DNA from: Massalongia carnosa
Taxonomy: Eukaryota
Direction of reading: 5' to 3'
NCBI GenBank assembly: GCA_965645245.1
Contig: OZ287067.1
Span: forward strand, 248,001-312,000
Length of the DNA: 64,000 nucleotides
The notes below the pieces were generated by a model. It was not told the origin of the DNA. It saw only the letters and a list, made by a program, of their open reading frames with translations, and made no database searches. A program made the position numbers and the translations under genes. The number at the start of each line of letters is the position of its first letter. Position 1 is the first letter of the stretch. This document shows, piece after piece, positions 60,677 through 64,000 of the stretch.

Positions 60677-60748
60677 CTATCCGTGCCACCCACATCGCTC
60701 GGTTCGTCTCGCTTAAGGCGAACCGAGCGATGTGGGTGGCACGGATAG
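60677..60748. repeat. Perfect 30-bp inverted repeat with 12-nt spacer (mini-MITE or hairpin)
   Basis: CTATCCGTGCCACCCACATCGCTCGGTTCG and its reverse complement at 60719-60748. TA near both outer ends. Confidence 0.95.
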
Positions 60749-61101
60749 GAATTTCACAACATGGGTGTGTTGGCACTGCATATGTTGTGTTCGTCAATGA
60801 GCGGAGAAATAATATTGGACCAATTAAAATATGGAATGCTGAAGCCCCGACATGTAGATCACCTAGGCATGGTAGGCACGCCCTATTCAACTAGTGAAGC
60901 AATATGCTTGCGCTCGGATAGATAATTTCGCTAATTCGAGGAGGACGACGACCTTTTTCTGGCTGAAAATGGTATGGTTTTCCGAGCTTTGGCCCTTATT
61001 ACTGCACCTGCTCTTTCTTCTTTTGATTTTTTGGGTGCTACCGGGCTCTTGATTCCGTACAAAACTAAGGGTGCTGTAGTACCCAAGAGGGAATAGCCAT
61101 A

Positions 61102-64000
61102 ATGGAGACCGTTGGTTGAACCCTTACGCCTGTTGGCTGATTTTACTGATATCATGCGCAGTCCTTGTCACATGAAAGCTCGCGGCGGTCCTCACCAAGC
61201 TCAGGGCGGTCATCGGCAATTTCTCATATATTTTCAGGGCTTTCATTATCAAGGCGAGCTAGTGAAACGGCAGAGGAACTCAGAGGTCCATATGGATTGA
61301 ACCTTCTCTCGACTCCTGCCGATCCAACGGTTGATTTTATTTTCGTTCACGGCCTTGGAGGCGGCTCTCGTAAGACCTGGAGCAAAGGGCCAGATCCAAA
61401 ACTTTTCTGGCCGAAAGAATGGCTGTCAAGAGACCCTGAATTCAAACATGTTCGACTCCATAGCTTTGGGTATAACTCCAACTGGACTGAGAGGAAAGGG
61501 AGCGTGCTAGACGTTTATGCATTTGGAAAGGGACTATTAGCAGCGATGCAAGGGTCGCCCTTAATACGGCGGGGCACAAATGTAGGTAATAAACACGTTA
61601 ATTCAGTCAATCTCGTGACTGACAGTATATTTTTAGCTTCCTATTGTTCTAGTTGCGCATAGCTTGGGAGGCCTTATAATTAAAAGGGTAAGCAATGGGT
61701 GATGAAAACTGTTCTACAGCTAATTAATTTTGTAGGCGTTCATACTGGCGCAACATGACCCATCTTTTCTAGAGCTTGGAAAACGATTTCATGCTATGTA
61801 TTTTCTCGCGACACCACATCATGGAGCCAGTTCTGCTCAACTTCTGTCTGCCATTCTTCGGGCTTCAAATTCAAGAAGCCATCCATATGTAGAAGATTTA
61901 TATCAAGATTCTCCAGCGATTCAGGCGATCAATGACGAGTTCCGGCATTACGAGGCTAAACTTCAATTATATTCCTTCTTCGAAACCAAGCCTACCATTT
62001 GTGCTGGCATAAAGGATATGATAATAGTAAAGAAATCATCTGCTATAATGGGTTATCCCAAGGAACGCACCGCACATCTTGATACTGACCATCGTGGAGT
62101 TTGCAAATTTGACTCACCGTTAGACGCCAATTTCGTTACGGTCAAAAACGCATTGATAGAAACACTTGACCAGATCAGGCAAACCTGTATGTCTCCTATA
62201 TTTAGTTAGTTAACTTCTCTCACATTTCTAGGGGACATTTCAAATCATGAGCAGTTGAGGAAACAAAAGCGTCGACTAAGGAGTTTTCTTTGTATCTCTG
62301 ATCAGTTGGAAGATAACAATGTTGACCTTGACGAAAATAGGGCAGAGGGATCATGTGAATGGCTCGTTCAAAAGCCCAACTTTCGTCACTGGCGCGATTC
62401 TAGCTCAACCCAAATCTTCTGGTTAAATGGTAACCCGGCAACCGGCAAATCCTTCTTAGCAAACTATGTTGTTGGACACCTCGAAGATCTAAATTATGAC
62501 TGCAGCTACTATTTTTTCAAAGAAGGCGACAAAACAAAATCATCTCTTAGCAAGTGTTTTCTATCACTTGCGTATCAAATGGCATTCTCTAATGCCGCTA
62601 TTCGGGAGACATTCCTTGAAATGCAAGACGATGATGTCAGGATCGACGAAGAAAATCATCAATCTATTTGGCGGAAGCTATTTATAGGCGGCATTCTGCA
62701 ACTAAAGCTCTATAAAACCCACTACTGGGTACTAGATGCTATTGATGAATGCAAAAAGTCTATTGACTTACTCCCACTTATCTCAAAGACTAGTTCTTCT
62801 TTCCCTTTACGAATTTTTCTAACCTCTAGGCCCAATCTAGAGCTGCAATGTCAGTTGCAACCCTTAGATCCGCCTGTGGAGATTCAACAAGTGTTACCTG
62901 AGCACACCTTGAATGACATCATGCTTTATGTGGAGCAGCACACAGATTTCCCTTCTATGCAGGAGCTTAGAACTCGACAGCATCTTGTCGCCGCTATCCT
63001 CGACAAATCAGAGGGGTGTTTTTTATGGGTGAGATTAGTCCTCAAAGAACTGAGAAAAGTTCATAGCGAAACAGCAACCCGGAGAATCTTAGAAGATGTT
63101 CCCCAAGGCATGGACAAATTGTATGTTAGGACTTTGGCGAACATGTCTAAGGAATCATATGGAAAGCCGCTGGCAAAGGCAATCCTAATGTGGGTAGTCT
63201 GTTCTGTGCGTCCGCTTCTTACTACAGAGCTTAGGCACGCTATACAGATCAATATTGGAGACAACGTGTATAATCTGGAAAACCAAATAGCATGCCTCTG
63301 TGGTAATCTAGTTTACGTCGATTCGCATCTCCGCATTAAAATGATTCATCAAACAGCGCGCAACCACTTGTTAAGCCTAGATAATGACTCCGAGTTTGCA
63401 TTTCGGGAAAAAGATGGTCATCGACAACTGGGCTTGACATGCCTTAAATATCTTATGAGTGACGAAATGAAAGCGCCGCGTTTACGAAGACCGAGTGTTG
63501 CTCAGTCAGTTACTCAGCGTTCATCATTCCTCGATTACGCTGCCAATTCGTTCTATGAACACGTTGATCAGGCGAGCTCTACTGATACTGAGTTGCTAAA
63601 CCATCTTTATTCGTTTTTAAGTACTTCAAATGGTAACGTGCAGTCATGGATCGAATACGTTGCAAGAGGCGGAGATCTCAACCATTTGACCCAAACAGGA
63701 ATGATCCTACGAACCTACCTAAGACGAAGGGCTAAACACTTATTATCTCTTGGAAAGGAACTGGAAACCATTGATTCATGGAGTACAGATCTAATTCGAA
63801 TTGTTCCAAAGTTCGGCCGCAATCTTCTCAGGTTTCCGCCTTCCATATACCATATCATTCCTTCGTTCTGTCCCCGAGAGTCGATTCTCTATCAGCAATT
63901 TAATAAATCAGCTAGAGGAATATTGGTGATGGGACTCACATCGACGACCTGGAATGATCATCTGGCTTGCATTTTTTATGGAAACAACACGACCACCGCT
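61102..64000 (+). CDS. Alpha/beta-hydrolase (SesB/PGAP1-like)-NACHT NLR-like protein, 3' end outside the window
   Basis: IFVHGLGG, VAHSLGG nucleophile elbow, FLATPHHG, DHRGVCKF, then GSCEWL, Walker A GNPATGKS, Walker B VLDAIDEC, GCFLWV. Four GT-AG introns inferred. The 9-nt first exon is tentative. Confidence 0.9.

Overview
Eukaryotic window, most likely from a filamentous ascomycete (short introns with CTAAC/CTGAC branch points, fungal TE families). Bases 1 to ~57,900 are almost entirely a nested transposon island. It holds two Copia remnants plus the 5' LTR of a third, two Tad-type LINEs, six Ty3/Gypsy elements (labelled A, B, C, E, F, J; J looks intact with identical LTRs), about 8 solo LTRs, a 1.2-kb mini LTR element that keeps only a chromodomain and an AT-hook, and three DNA transposons (Fot1/pogo fragment, PIF/Harbinger, piggyBac-like). 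A protein-kinase pseudogene fragment is trapped at ~3.1-3.8 kb. Target-site duplications (TSDs) let most of the 26.4-55.6 kb block be unstacked: piggyBac-like > Gypsy F > Harbinger > Gypsy J and solo LTRs. Host genes resume at once after the island: HIS3, a fructosamine-kinase-like pseudogene, and an alpha/beta-hydrolase-NACHT (NLR-like) gene that runs off the window. No rRNA, tRNA or CRISPR array was seen. I cannot demonstrate a wholly new biological system. The best candidates for follow-up are the chromodomain/AT-hook mini-retroelement, the covarying RNA signals (self-priming, frameshift pseudoknots, LINE 3' stem-loop), and HIS3 sitting ~130 bp from the TE edge. All coordinates and alignments were read by eye.
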